A model generated the notes under the pieces. The model was not told the DNA's origin and did not search any database. It worked only from the letters and a program-made list of their open reading frames with translations. A program made the translations under genes and the position numbers. A stretch of DNA of 64,000 nucleotides. It comes from an uncultured Lentisphaeraceae bacterium. GTDB taxonomy: Bacteria; Verrucomicrobiota; Kiritimatiellia; RFP12; UBA1067. This document shows positions 37,501 through 45,484 of this stretch, piece by piece (the stretch's first letter is position 1; each line of letters opens with the position of its first letter). Location of the stretch: the NCBI GenBank assembly GCA_964390795.1, contig CAYMLQ010000001.1, positions 2,365 through 66,364 on the forward strand, in the 5' to 3' direction.

Positions 37501-40096
37501 CGAGGTTAATCGTGAACATCCGGTTGGTCGCCTCGGGCTGGGCCTCGAAGGTGTAGTCGGCCGAGGCCTCGCCTCCAGCAAGTCCCTCCGTCAGGATATG
37601 GACCGTGGTGGTCTCTTCCGTGTTGCCTGTGCGCAGAACCGTCACCGCTGTGGCGCTGTCGGTGTCCTGTGCGGTCACCGCGGCCGCTTGGAAGCTGACG
37701 GCCGGCCTGATCCACACGCGGTAATTGAGCGTGTAACGGACATACGCGGTCTCTTCAGCCGCACGCGAAATGCGCAGCCAGACCCCGTTGGTGGCGGCAT
37801 CGCCGAACTGCACCAGCCGATTGGTGGTCAGCGTGGCCAGCGGAAGCCCCGAGGCGGCGGGAACCGGCACCAGATTCTGATAGAAGAAGTCCGCGACAGG
37901 TGCCGCGTTGCCCTTGACCTGATAGTCGCTGACGAGGAAGCGGTAATACGTGCCCGGCGTGACCGGCGAGAAGTAGAACCAGTCGTTGGTGTCAGACTTG
38001 CTCAGATACCGCTCGCCCGAGGGCGTGTTTTGATCCGCAAACGCGAGCGGGTGGGTCGTCCCCTGCACACCGTCATACGAATCGGCGACGTCCACCTCCG
38101 GGTCGGACGCGAGAACGACCGTGACGCTGTTCGTGCCGTTAGAAATGAAGTCCGGAGTTGGCACCAGTTCGACGGTGAAGTCACGCTGGCCGACCCAGCT
38201 CGCATTTTTGTCAAGCAGGTCGAGCGTGAGCGGCCGGGTCAGATCATTCGCAGCGAATGCGACCGTGCTGGTTTTCGCGGTGTAGTCGACGCTCCCCTTG
38301 GCCGTTCCGGGAAGCGTGCGGTAGGTGACCTGCGTAACCTCGCCGGTCTGGACGGTGCGCACAAGCTCCAGCGAGAGGGTGCCCGGAACGCTCAGCGGGC
38401 CGACCTGCCTGGAGCGGAACCCGACCACCGGCAGCGGCCATTCGGCAACGGTCAGCGCGTACCGGACGCCGACGGGCACACCAGGCTGGGACGCCGCACG
38501 CGTCAACGCCAGGTAAACACGATTTGTACTGGCAGCAGTAAACAGGAAGTTGGTCGTGTCCGAGGCATTCAAGGCGACCTGCCGCCAGAGCTGAACCACG
38601 GTTTCGGCGCCGGCGACCGCGTTCGTATAGAGACTGGCGGTCAGATCCTGCACGTTGGCCGCCTGATTCGCAACCGACACGCGGTAGCGCATGCCGGGAA
38701 TCAGGTTGGTGAGGGCGACCCAGTCCTGCGCATCCCCTGCGTTCAGCGAGCCCACGAGCGGCCACACACCGCTGGTGACCGCAAGACGGGTGGCTGTCTC
38801 GGACACGTCGTCGCTCGAGCCTGCGTCTCGCGCGTCGAGTGCGGGCTCGACCTCGGTGACGATCACGGCTAGGTTTGTCCAACCCGCTGCAGGCAACCCG
38901 TCCGACTTCAACGAAATGGAGAACGCGCGGTCACCCCGCCAAAGCCCGTTGATGATCGCAACGCTCAGGTGCTGCGTCACGTCTCCGGCCGCAAAACGTA
39001 CAAAGCCGTCGCCTTGCTGCAGATAGTCTGTGCCCGCTTTCGCTGTGCCGTCCTCGAGCGTGTAGGCCACCTGCGCGGCCTCGTCGAACTGATTGGTTCG
39101 GAAGACAGCAACCGTGACAACCGAATTCGTATCCTCTATCGAGACCGTTGGCGCTGTGAACCCGTAAGCATCCTCTTTTTTCGCGACGACCTGGTAGTTC
39201 AACGTATACGCCACCGCCGCAGTGACAACATTTGCCACACGGGTAAATTGAAGGTAGAGGATGCCTGAATTGGTGGCCTGATAGAGATATCCGTCTTGCG
39301 CAAACTGATTCAAGGCAACGGTATGCACTATGTTTGTGCTAGTCTTGCCAGAGTAGAAGACCACGCTTCCGATGTTCGCCGGGTCGCGTACCTCTGTCGC
39401 CTTAAACTGATACCATTTATCTTTCACCACATTCGTAACGCAGAACCAGTCGTTGGTGTCGGAAAACAAATGTGAGCGCTTCGAGGCTGCATAGTATTTC
39501 GCATCCAGCGAATTTTCGCCGTACTGGTTGCATAGCCGTTCGCTCTGGCTTGTTGCGGTGGCGAAAAGCGGCGTCGCCTTCGACCTAATGTCGTCGCGGT
39601 GATTGAGAAAACCATCCACCATGGACACAAACGTCTGTTCATTAAACGGCGTCAGCGTCACGCCGTTATAACGTCCACCCGTAATGTTCAAGAAAAACCC
39701 ATGCTTGGTCACGCTGTCACGCCCGTCGACAATGATGACAGACGGAAAGTTCACGACTTCCGGGTACCGCCTGCGCACCTCGCCCACGAGCGGATCGCCT
39801 TCGCCTTTGTTGTAGTCCGCGTAGACAAGCGGTATGCCTTTGGTACGGGACCACTCGTAGAAACTTGGGTTGCTATAGAGCGAGATGGCTGTCCCGTCAC
39901 AATACGCGCATCCACTCGTACGCCCTAAATTGATTAAATAGAACGTACCTTGACTCTTGGCGAATTCACGCGCCTCCAAGAAATCCGACGTCCACTCACC
40001 CACCCCGGGGCCATCCGGATTAATGGTGGTCGCAACGCTCGTCAGGGTAAAACCGAGAAGGCAAGAAACCAAAGCAACTTTCGTCAGTAGTCTCAT
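34571..40096 (-). CDS. Giant secreted multidomain protein (paralog 7): N-terminal thioredoxin-like CxxC module, several Calx-beta domains, Ig-like domains and the conserved C-terminal family domain
   Basis: 1841-aa ORF with ATG at 40094-40096 and signal MRLLTKVALVSCLLGFTLTSVA. The thioredoxin-like motif is FYLINLGRTSGCAYC, homologous to the paralog 4 N-terminus. Calx-beta motifs include GTDYLQQGDGFVRFAAGDVTQHLSVAI. The C-terminus reads ...GCGFFLWADKSSYKNASNRDVAYPFNWSYDFLLLSTPVEPVDQ. Confidence 0.85.
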   Translation of the reverse strand: MRLLTKVALVSCLLGFTLTSVATTINPDGPGVGEWTSDFLEAREFAKSQGTFYLINLGRTSGCAYCDGTAISLYSNPSFYEWSRTKGIPLVYADYNKGEGDPLVGEVRRRYPEVVNFPSVIIVDGRDSVTKHGFFLNITGGRYNGVTLTPFNEQTFVSMVDGFLNHRDDIRSKATPLFATATSQSERLCNQYGENSLDAKYYAASKRSHLFSDTNDWFCVTNVVKDKWYQFKATEVRDPANIGSVVFYSGKTSTNIVHTVALNQFAQDGYLYQATNSGILYLQFTRVANVVTAAVAYTLNYQVVAKKEDAYGFTAPTVSIEDTNSVVTVAVFRTNQFDEAAQVAYTLEDGTAKAGTDYLQQGDGFVRFAAGDVTQHLSVAIINGLWRGDRAFSISLKSDGLPAAGWTNLAVIVTEVEPALDARDAGSSDDVSETATRLAVTSGVWPLVGSLNAGDAQDWVALTNLIPGMRYRVSVANQAANVQDLTASLYTNAVAGAETVVQLWRQVALNASDTTNFLFTAASTNRVYLALTRAASQPGVPVGVRYALTVAEWPLPVVGFRSRQVGPLSVPGTLSLELVRTVQTGEVTQVTYRTLPGTAKGSVDYTAKTSTVAFAANDLTRPLTLDLLDKNASWVGQRDFTVELVPTPDFISNGTNSVTVVLASDPEVDVADSYDGVQGTTHPLAFADQNTPSGERYLSKSDTNDWFYFSPVTPGTYYRFLVSDYQVKGNAAPVADFFYQNLVPVPAASGLPLATLTTNRLVQFGDAATNGVWLRISRAAEETAYVRYTLNYRVWIRPAVSFQAAAVTAQDTDSATAVTVLRTGNTEETTTVHILTEGLAGGEASADYTFEAQPEATNRMFTINLAPDTRNLWTGDRSFGVRLSADGAVEMGVTNATVTIQETDAQFDGRDGADGSRDGTRDAGAENTELHLAMARLNQSVAGTLNGADTADWLVFTNLQAGLRYRVSLTNLVQEGVAASTAKAVFYTNANAWLEVPLSTLLTNRIDFQASASGWLTVALVRETDEASCVQYGLLYREVPRCALGFTSNAVTVSESDRTVVLRVRCEAEDVLEGLVTARVSTRNGTATAGSDYAATNVTVTWGPADLSDKSVTLTLLKKDTLWEDAETFFADLAVDPDTAQELDGLALMTVTLTEKDRPTAPLLAFAGIGEGNNAFSPRVPIEAKEGDQLIFWLKRTGKNSGAVTSVLSWVDGTLKLGQTNALWASMEDGLKRVEVQVPTKAGYQQARKVTLTLTSPNASVAGGANLAMLNVTDDVFTQTLAAYAGDVTRVPFSAAAGAWFGTGEDGTVLRCAPPASRSGSSVMTAKVTGPGTILFNADTTNATGNGCTFIVKAGTRVAQTVTNGANRVWVPAGLQTVTWTFKRGATDASAGAYGWVSDIEWVSDDARETTGAFNGYAWRGEAEATVPEEYGVATLTVDAAGKITGKLVFAVTNYAFEVTRRYSEPTQDGWYAATNLIAKASKGTNRVVLTLLVNPTNGCAELADGEGAFGARLYRNGWGDRPLSAARAGAAGIAAGYYTTVLPQANGAGDDDFGSGYLALTATSNGAVKVAGKLADGVTVSSSATLLLDADGVVFVALFTAPSSYMGGSFFGLAEFVRPDAEGPTVVRPLNREALLWESHNAQATREYGVGFKRETGLYGGWYDTVGNLYRYYAGMTLAVGTANEPTPVLISGTNRYESVWWDPDGLSLTPVTNRYGVMTGLAAPKVGTPVKAGAAYDYKAVTNNTIGLTINLTRSTGLFKGSYKAWFDYVTTHTSKAIAFEGLLTPVREDAEDGKEGCGFFLWADKSSYKNASNRDVAYPFNWSYDFLLLSTPVEPVDQ

Positions 40097-40172
40097 TTTT
40101 TACCAATCCTTATAATACAGGTCGAATTAATTGATACCAAACCGCTTTTGTTTCGTCAACCCTCAAAAACGT

Positions 40173-40207
40173 AAAAAACGGGGAGGCGGTTGACCGCCTC
40201 CCCGTTT
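40173..40207 (-). terminator. Intrinsic terminator of the 40234..41205 gene (bidirectional-looking)
   Basis: CGGGGAGGCGG ttga CCGCCTCCCCG perfect 11-bp stem. On the minus-strand transcript it is followed by UUUUUU (plus strand has AAAAAA upstream and TTT downstream). Confidence 0.7.
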
Positions 40208-40233
40208 AAACTCTGATACGAGCATCCAGACAC

Positions 40234-41205
40234 TTAAGGGAGCACATATTCAGCAGCGAACGCGGCGTTGACCAGTCCGTTCTGTCTTGCCGCACCCGTT
40301 GCGGTATCGATGAACGAGAAACCAGCCCTGATCGCCTTGGCCGCGCCGTTCACATAGGCGTCAGTTTCCGTGTCACCCAATGTGATGGCCGCTTCAGCCG
40401 TTGTCAACGCCACGGGGGCGAGCTTGGTGTTGCGCTTGATCGACCAAGTTCCGGAGATGACGTCCGTCGTCCCGATCCATGCCAAGCAGAGGAAACCCTC
40501 ATAAGGCTGTATGACACTGAGCGGGTAGCCATTCGGATGACAGATGAACAGCCCGCCGATGACACTGCCGCTCAGCGACGAGAGGGCCGTGCAGCTCGAT
40601 CCGACGCCGCAACCGCCATCCGTGGAATCGGTCAACGCTTTACCGAAACCAGCCGCATCCAACCACGTGTCGAAAAACGCAACCGGCGTACCGGTTGAAT
40701 CGAACTCATAGTCGTTATACGTGCCGAACAGGAACCGCGTTGAACCGCCGCCCTCAGCAATAGGCGCTCCGAACTCATACACACCTGCTGCCGCAACTGA
40801 CGCAAACGGATAATCCGCCTTGCCCTTACCCGCGAACAAATAGCCTTCGGCCTCGTAGGTCTTGGTTGCGTTGATCTTGGGATTCCACCACTTGACCGTC
40901 AAGTCGGCCGGCAGAATCTTCGGCTGCTTGGCGGTGTCGGCCTTGTTCGCGACAACGAGGAAACCCTCGCCGTCATCCGCCACGGTGCCGCAGTTGTCAC
41001 AGCTGTTGATCAAGTAACCGTAAAGGCTGCTCGACTGAATGAACTTGATATAGACCGTTGTGCTCGTGCTGTTGCCCGTGAGCCGCACGGTTGTCTTCTT
41101 CATGTTCACGTTCTTGACCGTCGCTTTGTAGTCGTAAGCGGCGACTTCGGCGAATGCGCTACCCACGATCGTCATCGCGGCAGCAAACATCATCAACTTC
41201 TTCAT
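40234..41205 (-). CDS. Secreted hypothetical protein with signal peptide; noticeably lower GC than its neighbours
   Basis: 323-aa ORF with signal MKKLMMFAAAMTIVGSAFA. It has its own intrinsic terminator just downstream and a ~400-bp AT-richer non-coding region upstream. No recognisable domain. Confidence 0.6.
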   Translation of the reverse strand: MKKLMMFAAAMTIVGSAFAEVAAYDYKATVKNVNMKKTTVRLTGNSTSTTVYIKFIQSSSLYGYLINSCDNCGTVADDGEGFLVVANKADTAKQPKILPADLTVKWWNPKINATKTYEAEGYLFAGKGKADYPFASVAAAGVYEFGAPIAEGGGSTRFLFGTYNDYEFDSTGTPVAFFDTWLDAAGFGKALTDSTDGGCGVGSSCTALSSLSGSVIGGLFICHPNGYPLSVIQPYEGFLCLAWIGTTDVISGTWSIKRNTKLAPVALTTAEAAITLGDTETDAYVNGAAKAIRAGFSFIDTATGAARQNGLVNAAFAAEYVLP

Positions 41206-41632
41206 GGAGTACTCCTTTGTTGTTTCCCATTTGAAACCCCATGGCGACTACAAAACATCGCTGGTGATTTCAAAATCGATAAAACTCTAACACATGCGTA
41301 AGATACTGTCAACCCCTAGGGTGATGAAAAAATCATACCCCCACCGGACACCCGTCCGGAACCTGGTTGGTGCTTCAAGACACAGTTAGGTTAGCAGATG
41401 GCGTGTCCTGTTGCAAGCGGGTTTTGGTGCTTTCGCGATTTTTTTTGAGACCGTGGCAAGTGCGCCGCCTGCGGGGGCGGGAACAAACAAGGGGTAACTT
41501 TTTTCCGTGAATTACGAATGACGCGAATGGGACGGCTTGATTCAATTCGTGTGCTTCGCGTGATTCGTGGGCAAATAACCTGAAGTTACAGGGTAAGTTA
41601 GGACGTGTCTCTAATGCGTGCCGTGCGATCTC

Positions 41633-41731
41633 GGGGTAGGGCGGGGTCCCCGAACCCGCCGCCGGTCCACGCGTGTCCCCCGTGTCGCGGCGCAGCCCTG
41701 CGGAGGGCTCGGGGAACCGTCCCTGCCGGCG
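41633..41731. repeat. Third copy of the REP-like element (GGGGTAGGGCGGGGTCCCCGAACCCGCCGCCGGTCC...GCCCTGCGGAGGGCTCGGGGAACCGTCCCTGCC)
   Basis: Shares both halves with the 34.3-kb tandem copies. Located 3' of the DUF1573 gene. Confidence 0.7.
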
Positions 41732-41744
41732 GTGGATCGCAGCC

Positions 41745-42746
41745 TCAGTTGCCGGACTGGATCGGCACGTCGATCGGCCAATCTCCATACAGGAAGGTCA
41801 TCTTCTCACCGCCCGCATTGCAGATCGTTGAAACGCTGGCGGCGGGGAACGTGAGCGTCACCATAAAGCCCTTGCCGCTTTTTGACAGTTGCGGCTGCAC
41901 CTCAAGGCCTTCCACGTTTGTCTTCCAACTGAGTTTGCCAAGCTCCAGCGGCGTTGCGGAATCGATGGTCAACAGCAGCCGGCGCTTCAGCGGCACGGCG
42001 GTCAGGGACACCTGGATCCGGTCCGGCACCGCCTTGATCGGCCGCTTGCGCACGGCCTCGACCATCAGGCGGACCGGCAGGGACGTTCCCCCGTCCACAC
42101 GCAGGATGGGAAAGACCAGCGCGCTTTCAAGGATGCCCTCGCCGTGAAAGGTCACCGTGCGCGCCACCTCGTACACAAGCCCGTCCTGCCGGTTCGTGCG
42201 GGTGGTGTAGTCGCTTTGCGCCCCCCGGTCCTGGATTGCCGGCGAACCCAGGGAGATCCCCGCTTCGGTCGCGGCCACCGTGAATTTCCCCGTCCACACG
42301 GTTCCGGGGTCAACCGGCCCCAGCGCCGTCTTCGCGTCGCAGGTGACCAGAAAGAGCGGTTTGGCGTAGCCCGCGATCTTGACTTTGATGCTGCGCGTGA
42401 CCGAATCATCGGACTCGATGATGAAAATCTTTTCGAACGCCCCGGCCAGCTCATTCTTGGCGATCGTCACGTACACGTCGCCGGTCTCGCCCGCAGCGAG
42501 CACCTCCGGAAAAGCGCCCAGCTTCATGCACTTGCAGGTCATGACCACGCGCACGATGCGAAGGGGTGACGCGCCGATGTTCTTAAGCTGGACGCGGACC
42601 ACACGATCCTCTGTGTTGGGATAGGTGCCCAGCGACACCACATTCGTTCCCAGCAGTTCCATCTGGCCGCGCTGCTCTTCCGCACAGAGCCCGGTCAACA
42701 CACAGCCGACGGCAACCCAAAACGCCACTCCTCTGAATAGTCGCAT
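41745..42746 (-). CDS. DUF1573 domain-containing secreted protein
   Basis: The track ORF runs to 42935 and overlaps the upstream gene. I prefer the ATG at 42744-42746 (MRLFRGVAFWVAVGCVLTGLCAEE). The DUF1573-like core is VRVQLKNIGASPLRIVRVVMTCKCM. Confidence 0.55.
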   Translation of the reverse strand: MRLFRGVAFWVAVGCVLTGLCAEEQRGQMELLGTNVVSLGTYPNTEDRVVRVQLKNIGASPLRIVRVVMTCKCMKLGAFPEVLAAGETGDVYVTIAKNELAGAFEKIFIIESDDSVTRSIKVKIAGYAKPLFLVTCDAKTALGPVDPGTVWTGKFTVAATEAGISLGSPAIQDRGAQSDYTTRTNRQDGLVYEVARTVTFHGEGILESALVFPILRVDGGTSLPVRLMVEAVRKRPIKAVPDRIQVSLTAVPLKRRLLLTIDSATPLELGKLSWKTNVEGLEVQPQLSKSGKGFMVTLTFPAASVSTICNAGGEKMTFLYGDWPIDVPIQSGN

Positions 42747-42766
42747 CCCCAATCTCTCCTTCACCT

Positions 42767-43825
42767 TCACTCTATAGCAGTTCCGGCGATCCGCGCAAGC
42801 GCTTTCAGTTTGGCCGGCGGCGCCGGCGGCGCCACGCAAAGCTGCACGATCGCCTCGCGCACGCGGGTGGCCTGCTCGGGCCGCATCACCAGATAGCGGT
42901 GACGTCCTTTGCCGTCTTTGGACGGGCGATACCATGTCGCACCGTTGTCTTCCACCGTGACGTTACCGGCCGGGGAGAGGTCGAAATAGCCGCGGTCGGG
43001 ATAGACCGCATACAGCAGCGCGGTGGGATCCCACGTCGGGCGGTCGTGGTCGGGCGCGCTGTAAAGATAGTAGGCCTCCTTCAGCGGATGGTGCTGCACA
43101 TAGCCGAAGTCCCGCGCCACTGCTTCGTGCGGAAACGCGGCCGCCACGCCGATCTCGAAACCGCTCCACACCACCGGCGAGGGCCACTCCTTGGCCAACT
43201 TCTGCGCCGCAGGGACGTCCTTGACCACGTTGTATTCGAGGTGCCGCGTATCCCAGTTCACGGTCTGGAACGCGCCCGCCATGACCGAGAACACCTTGAC
43301 CTTCTTCGCGATCAAGTCTCTTCCATTGAGCGGCGAGGCCGCGTCGGGCTGGGACTCGAGCAGGCGCTGGAAGTTCGTGAAGAACCCCACCTGCACGAGC
43401 GCCACGCTGCTGTCCGGCTGCGCCGCGAGCAGCTTGCGGATCAGCCCGGTCGCCTCCGGCGCGTCGCTGCTGCTCATCAGGTCGTGCGGGTAGCGCAGGT
43501 TGCCGTCCTCGTTCTTGACGTCGGCCAGCAGGTTGAACTTTCCCGGCTCCGGCGTGGCGCCGCCCTTGACCACGCCGATCGGCGTGTCGGGCCGGCCATA
43601 GAAGGTGTTGACCGCATCCACGAAAGCCGCCGCCTGCGGATGATCCTTGGTAATCGTCACGGCGAGCAGTTCCACCGCCCCGCGCGACTGCAGGTTGTGG
43701 ATCATGCACAACGCCATCACGTCGTCCGTGTCGTTGCCCATGTCCGTGTCGAAAATCAGCTTGAGCGGCTCGGCCTGAGCCATCGCAACCGCCAACACCC
43801 CCGCCAGCCAACACCTGCGTTTCAT
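42767..43825 (-). CDS. Inosine-uridine-preferring nucleoside hydrolase family protein, secreted
   Basis: Start at the ATG at 43823-43825 (MKRRCWLAGVLAVAMAQA signal). The DTDMGNDTDDVMAL motif is the IU-nucleoside hydrolase DxDxxxDD aspartate cluster. 352 aa from this start. Confidence 0.8.
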   Translation of the reverse strand: MKRRCWLAGVLAVAMAQAEPLKLIFDTDMGNDTDDVMALCMIHNLQSRGAVELLAVTITKDHPQAAAFVDAVNTFYGRPDTPIGVVKGGATPEPGKFNLLADVKNEDGNLRYPHDLMSSSDAPEATGLIRKLLAAQPDSSVALVQVGFFTNFQRLLESQPDAASPLNGRDLIAKKVKVFSVMAGAFQTVNWDTRHLEYNVVKDVPAAQKLAKEWPSPVVWSGFEIGVAAAFPHEAVARDFGYVQHHPLKEAYYLYSAPDHDRPTWDPTALLYAVYPDRGYFDLSPAGNVTVEDNGATWYRPSKDGKGRHRYLVMRPEQATRVREAIVQLCVAPPAPPAKLKALARIAGTAIE

Positions 43826-43885
43826 CCTGCCTCCCTTTTCTCGCCGCGATATCCGTATCGCACCGTATGGTTGTAGAACATAACG
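43794..43885. repeat. Copy A of a ~90-bp imperfect direct repeat (copy B at ~45669-45757) flanking the AlbA_2 gene
   Basis: Both copies contain the nucleoside-hydrolase promoter-proximal sequence and the first ~11 codons (MK(R/S)RCWLAGVL). Copy B yields the relic ORF 45542..45724 (MMKSRCWLAGVL...). By-eye identity is roughly 85%. Confidence 0.65.
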
Positions 43886-43975
43886 CCGTGTTTCATCAAG
43901 GCAGAAACACGCGGTTATGAAGAAACCTGCATACTCTGTGCTGAGCCGAGCGCCCGTCGCGCACCACCTCAAGAC

Positions 43976-45484
43976 CTACGGGTGTACCTCCCAGTAACCG
44001 AATTTCCGACCACCAACACGGCGGAGGCGCCCTTGGTTCTGCAAGGCGGAAAGAACCCGTTTGACCGTGCGGACGGAAACCCCCAGCCGAACCGTCAGCT
44101 CGTCAACGGTCACCGAGCGCTTCTCGCGGCACGCCGAAAGAACGCGTTGCTCATTCTTGGTGCCACTCACGCCATCTATAGTGCCATTTCGCCTGTTACT
44201 GACACCATAAGAGCCCGCTTTGGCCCCGCCCTCGCTCACTTCCCCGGATACGTCGCGCAACTGTGCTGACAACGGGTCCCTCTCAATCGCTCCCTTGGCG
44301 CCTCTGCGCCAGACGGTGGCGACGAAGAGGCAACCGTCGCGGTCGTCGCGAAAGTCGATATCCGGCCACTTCTCCAGCGCGCGCTTGATGCCGGAGCCGA
44401 GACCGTGGTAGGGAAGAATTTTCTTGGCGGCGAAGGACATCAGGATCGGGTTGCGGATGTTGGAGTTGCCGGCCTGGATCTTCTCCACGGTGAGATTGTT
44501 CGGCAGGTGACCGGGACTAATGATCTCGATGCGGTTATCGTATATCAGCAGCCGGATGGCGGCGCTGACCATATAATCGCGGTGGACTAGGGCGTTGACC
44601 AGCAGCTCCTCGAAGACCTCTTTGGGCACCTCGGAAACACCGGGGGAGTTCACGCTCGCGCCCCCCTCCTGGACTTTGTGCAGATTGCGCATGATGAAAG
44701 CCAGCGCATCGGCAAACACTTTATCAAGAGGGCCTGCAAAATCCTCGCTGTCGGCGTACTCCACCGCGGTGATTGCGTTGCCCGGGAAGCGGACCGCCTT
44801 GACGATAAACTGCGGCACGATCCAATCCGGATGCTCGGCGAACAGCAGCACGCCAGCCAGATTCAGGCGGCCTTCATCGTCGGCAAGGTTGAGATTCTTG
44901 AGCAGGCCCGCGAGTTCGCCGGGCGAATCCGGATAGTCGCGACCGTATTCTCTTTTGAGAAAATCGCGGAACCTCAGCTTGTCCAGGGCGTCGGCACCCG
45001 CACGGGTGGGCATTTCGTCGGCATGGAACTGCGGGGAGAATTGAAAGAAGCGCCGAAGCTCTTCCCTGGAGTTGATGCGACGCTTATCCGCGCCGTTCTT
45101 GAGCCAGATAACGCCATTCTTATCGAAATAGGGTTTGTCGATGCCTTTGGGGACGTCGAGGACGATGATGACACGGCCGTTGTCGAGCGCGACGTTTTCG
45201 GTGCGCACCTCAATGGGGCTGCGCACAAGCTGGCTGGCGACGTTGCCGATGAGCTGGTTGATGCGCCTCACCTCCGGCGCGGCAAGGCCGTTCGCAGAAC
45301 CGTCGTCGGCCACGCCGATGAGGATGCGGCCGCCATCCGCGTTGGCGAACGCGACCATTTCCGCCGCGAGCGACTCGGGGTTCTTGACATCCACCTTGAA
45401 CTGGCGGGTGGAGTCCTCTCCAAGAGCGATCTGCACGAGAAGATCCCGCATGTCTCCGGACACAGGTCTGTGGGTGGCTTTCAT
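43976..45484 (-). CDS. AlbA_2 (Schlafen-like/divergent AAA) + HATPase_c_4 + C-terminal wHTH protein (RecG-related putative transcriptional regulator family)
   Basis: The sequence from MKATHRPVSGDMRDLLVQIALGEDSTRQFKVD... (AlbA_2 N-terminal signature) through ...LLVNALVHRDY (HATPase_c_4) to C-terminal winged-HTH-like residues. An alternative upstream ATG at 45530-45532 would add 16 aa. Confidence 0.75.
   Translation of the reverse strand: MKATHRPVSGDMRDLLVQIALGEDSTRQFKVDVKNPESLAAEMVAFANADGGRILIGVADDGSANGLAAPEVRRINQLIGNVASQLVRSPIEVRTENVALDNGRVIIVLDVPKGIDKPYFDKNGVIWLKNGADKRRINSREELRRFFQFSPQFHADEMPTRAGADALDKLRFRDFLKREYGRDYPDSPGELAGLLKNLNLADDEGRLNLAGVLLFAEHPDWIVPQFIVKAVRFPGNAITAVEYADSEDFAGPLDKVFADALAFIMRNLHKVQEGGASVNSPGVSEVPKEVFEELLVNALVHRDYMVSAAIRLLIYDNRIEIISPGHLPNNLTVEKIQAGNSNIRNPILMSFAAKKILPYHGLGSGIKRALEKWPDIDFRDDRDGCLFVATVWRRGAKGAIERDPLSAQLRDVSGEVSEGGAKAGSYGVSNRRNGTIDGVSGTKNEQRVLSACREKRSVTVDELTVRLGVSVRTVKRVLSALQNQGRLRRVGGRKFGYWEVHP

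Noticed and set aside
335-40096. Whether the shared C-terminal domain is a type IX secretion CTD, a PEP-CTERM/sortase-type sorting signal or a classical autotransporter beta-domain.
   Set aside because: A T9SS CTD is ~80 aa and PEP-CTERM or LPXTG signals are ~25 aa, whereas this domain is 430-500 aa. It lacks the C-terminal aromatic beta-signal of autotransporters and lacks a TM-anchor/charged-tail sorting signal. It remains unassigned rather than matched to those systems.
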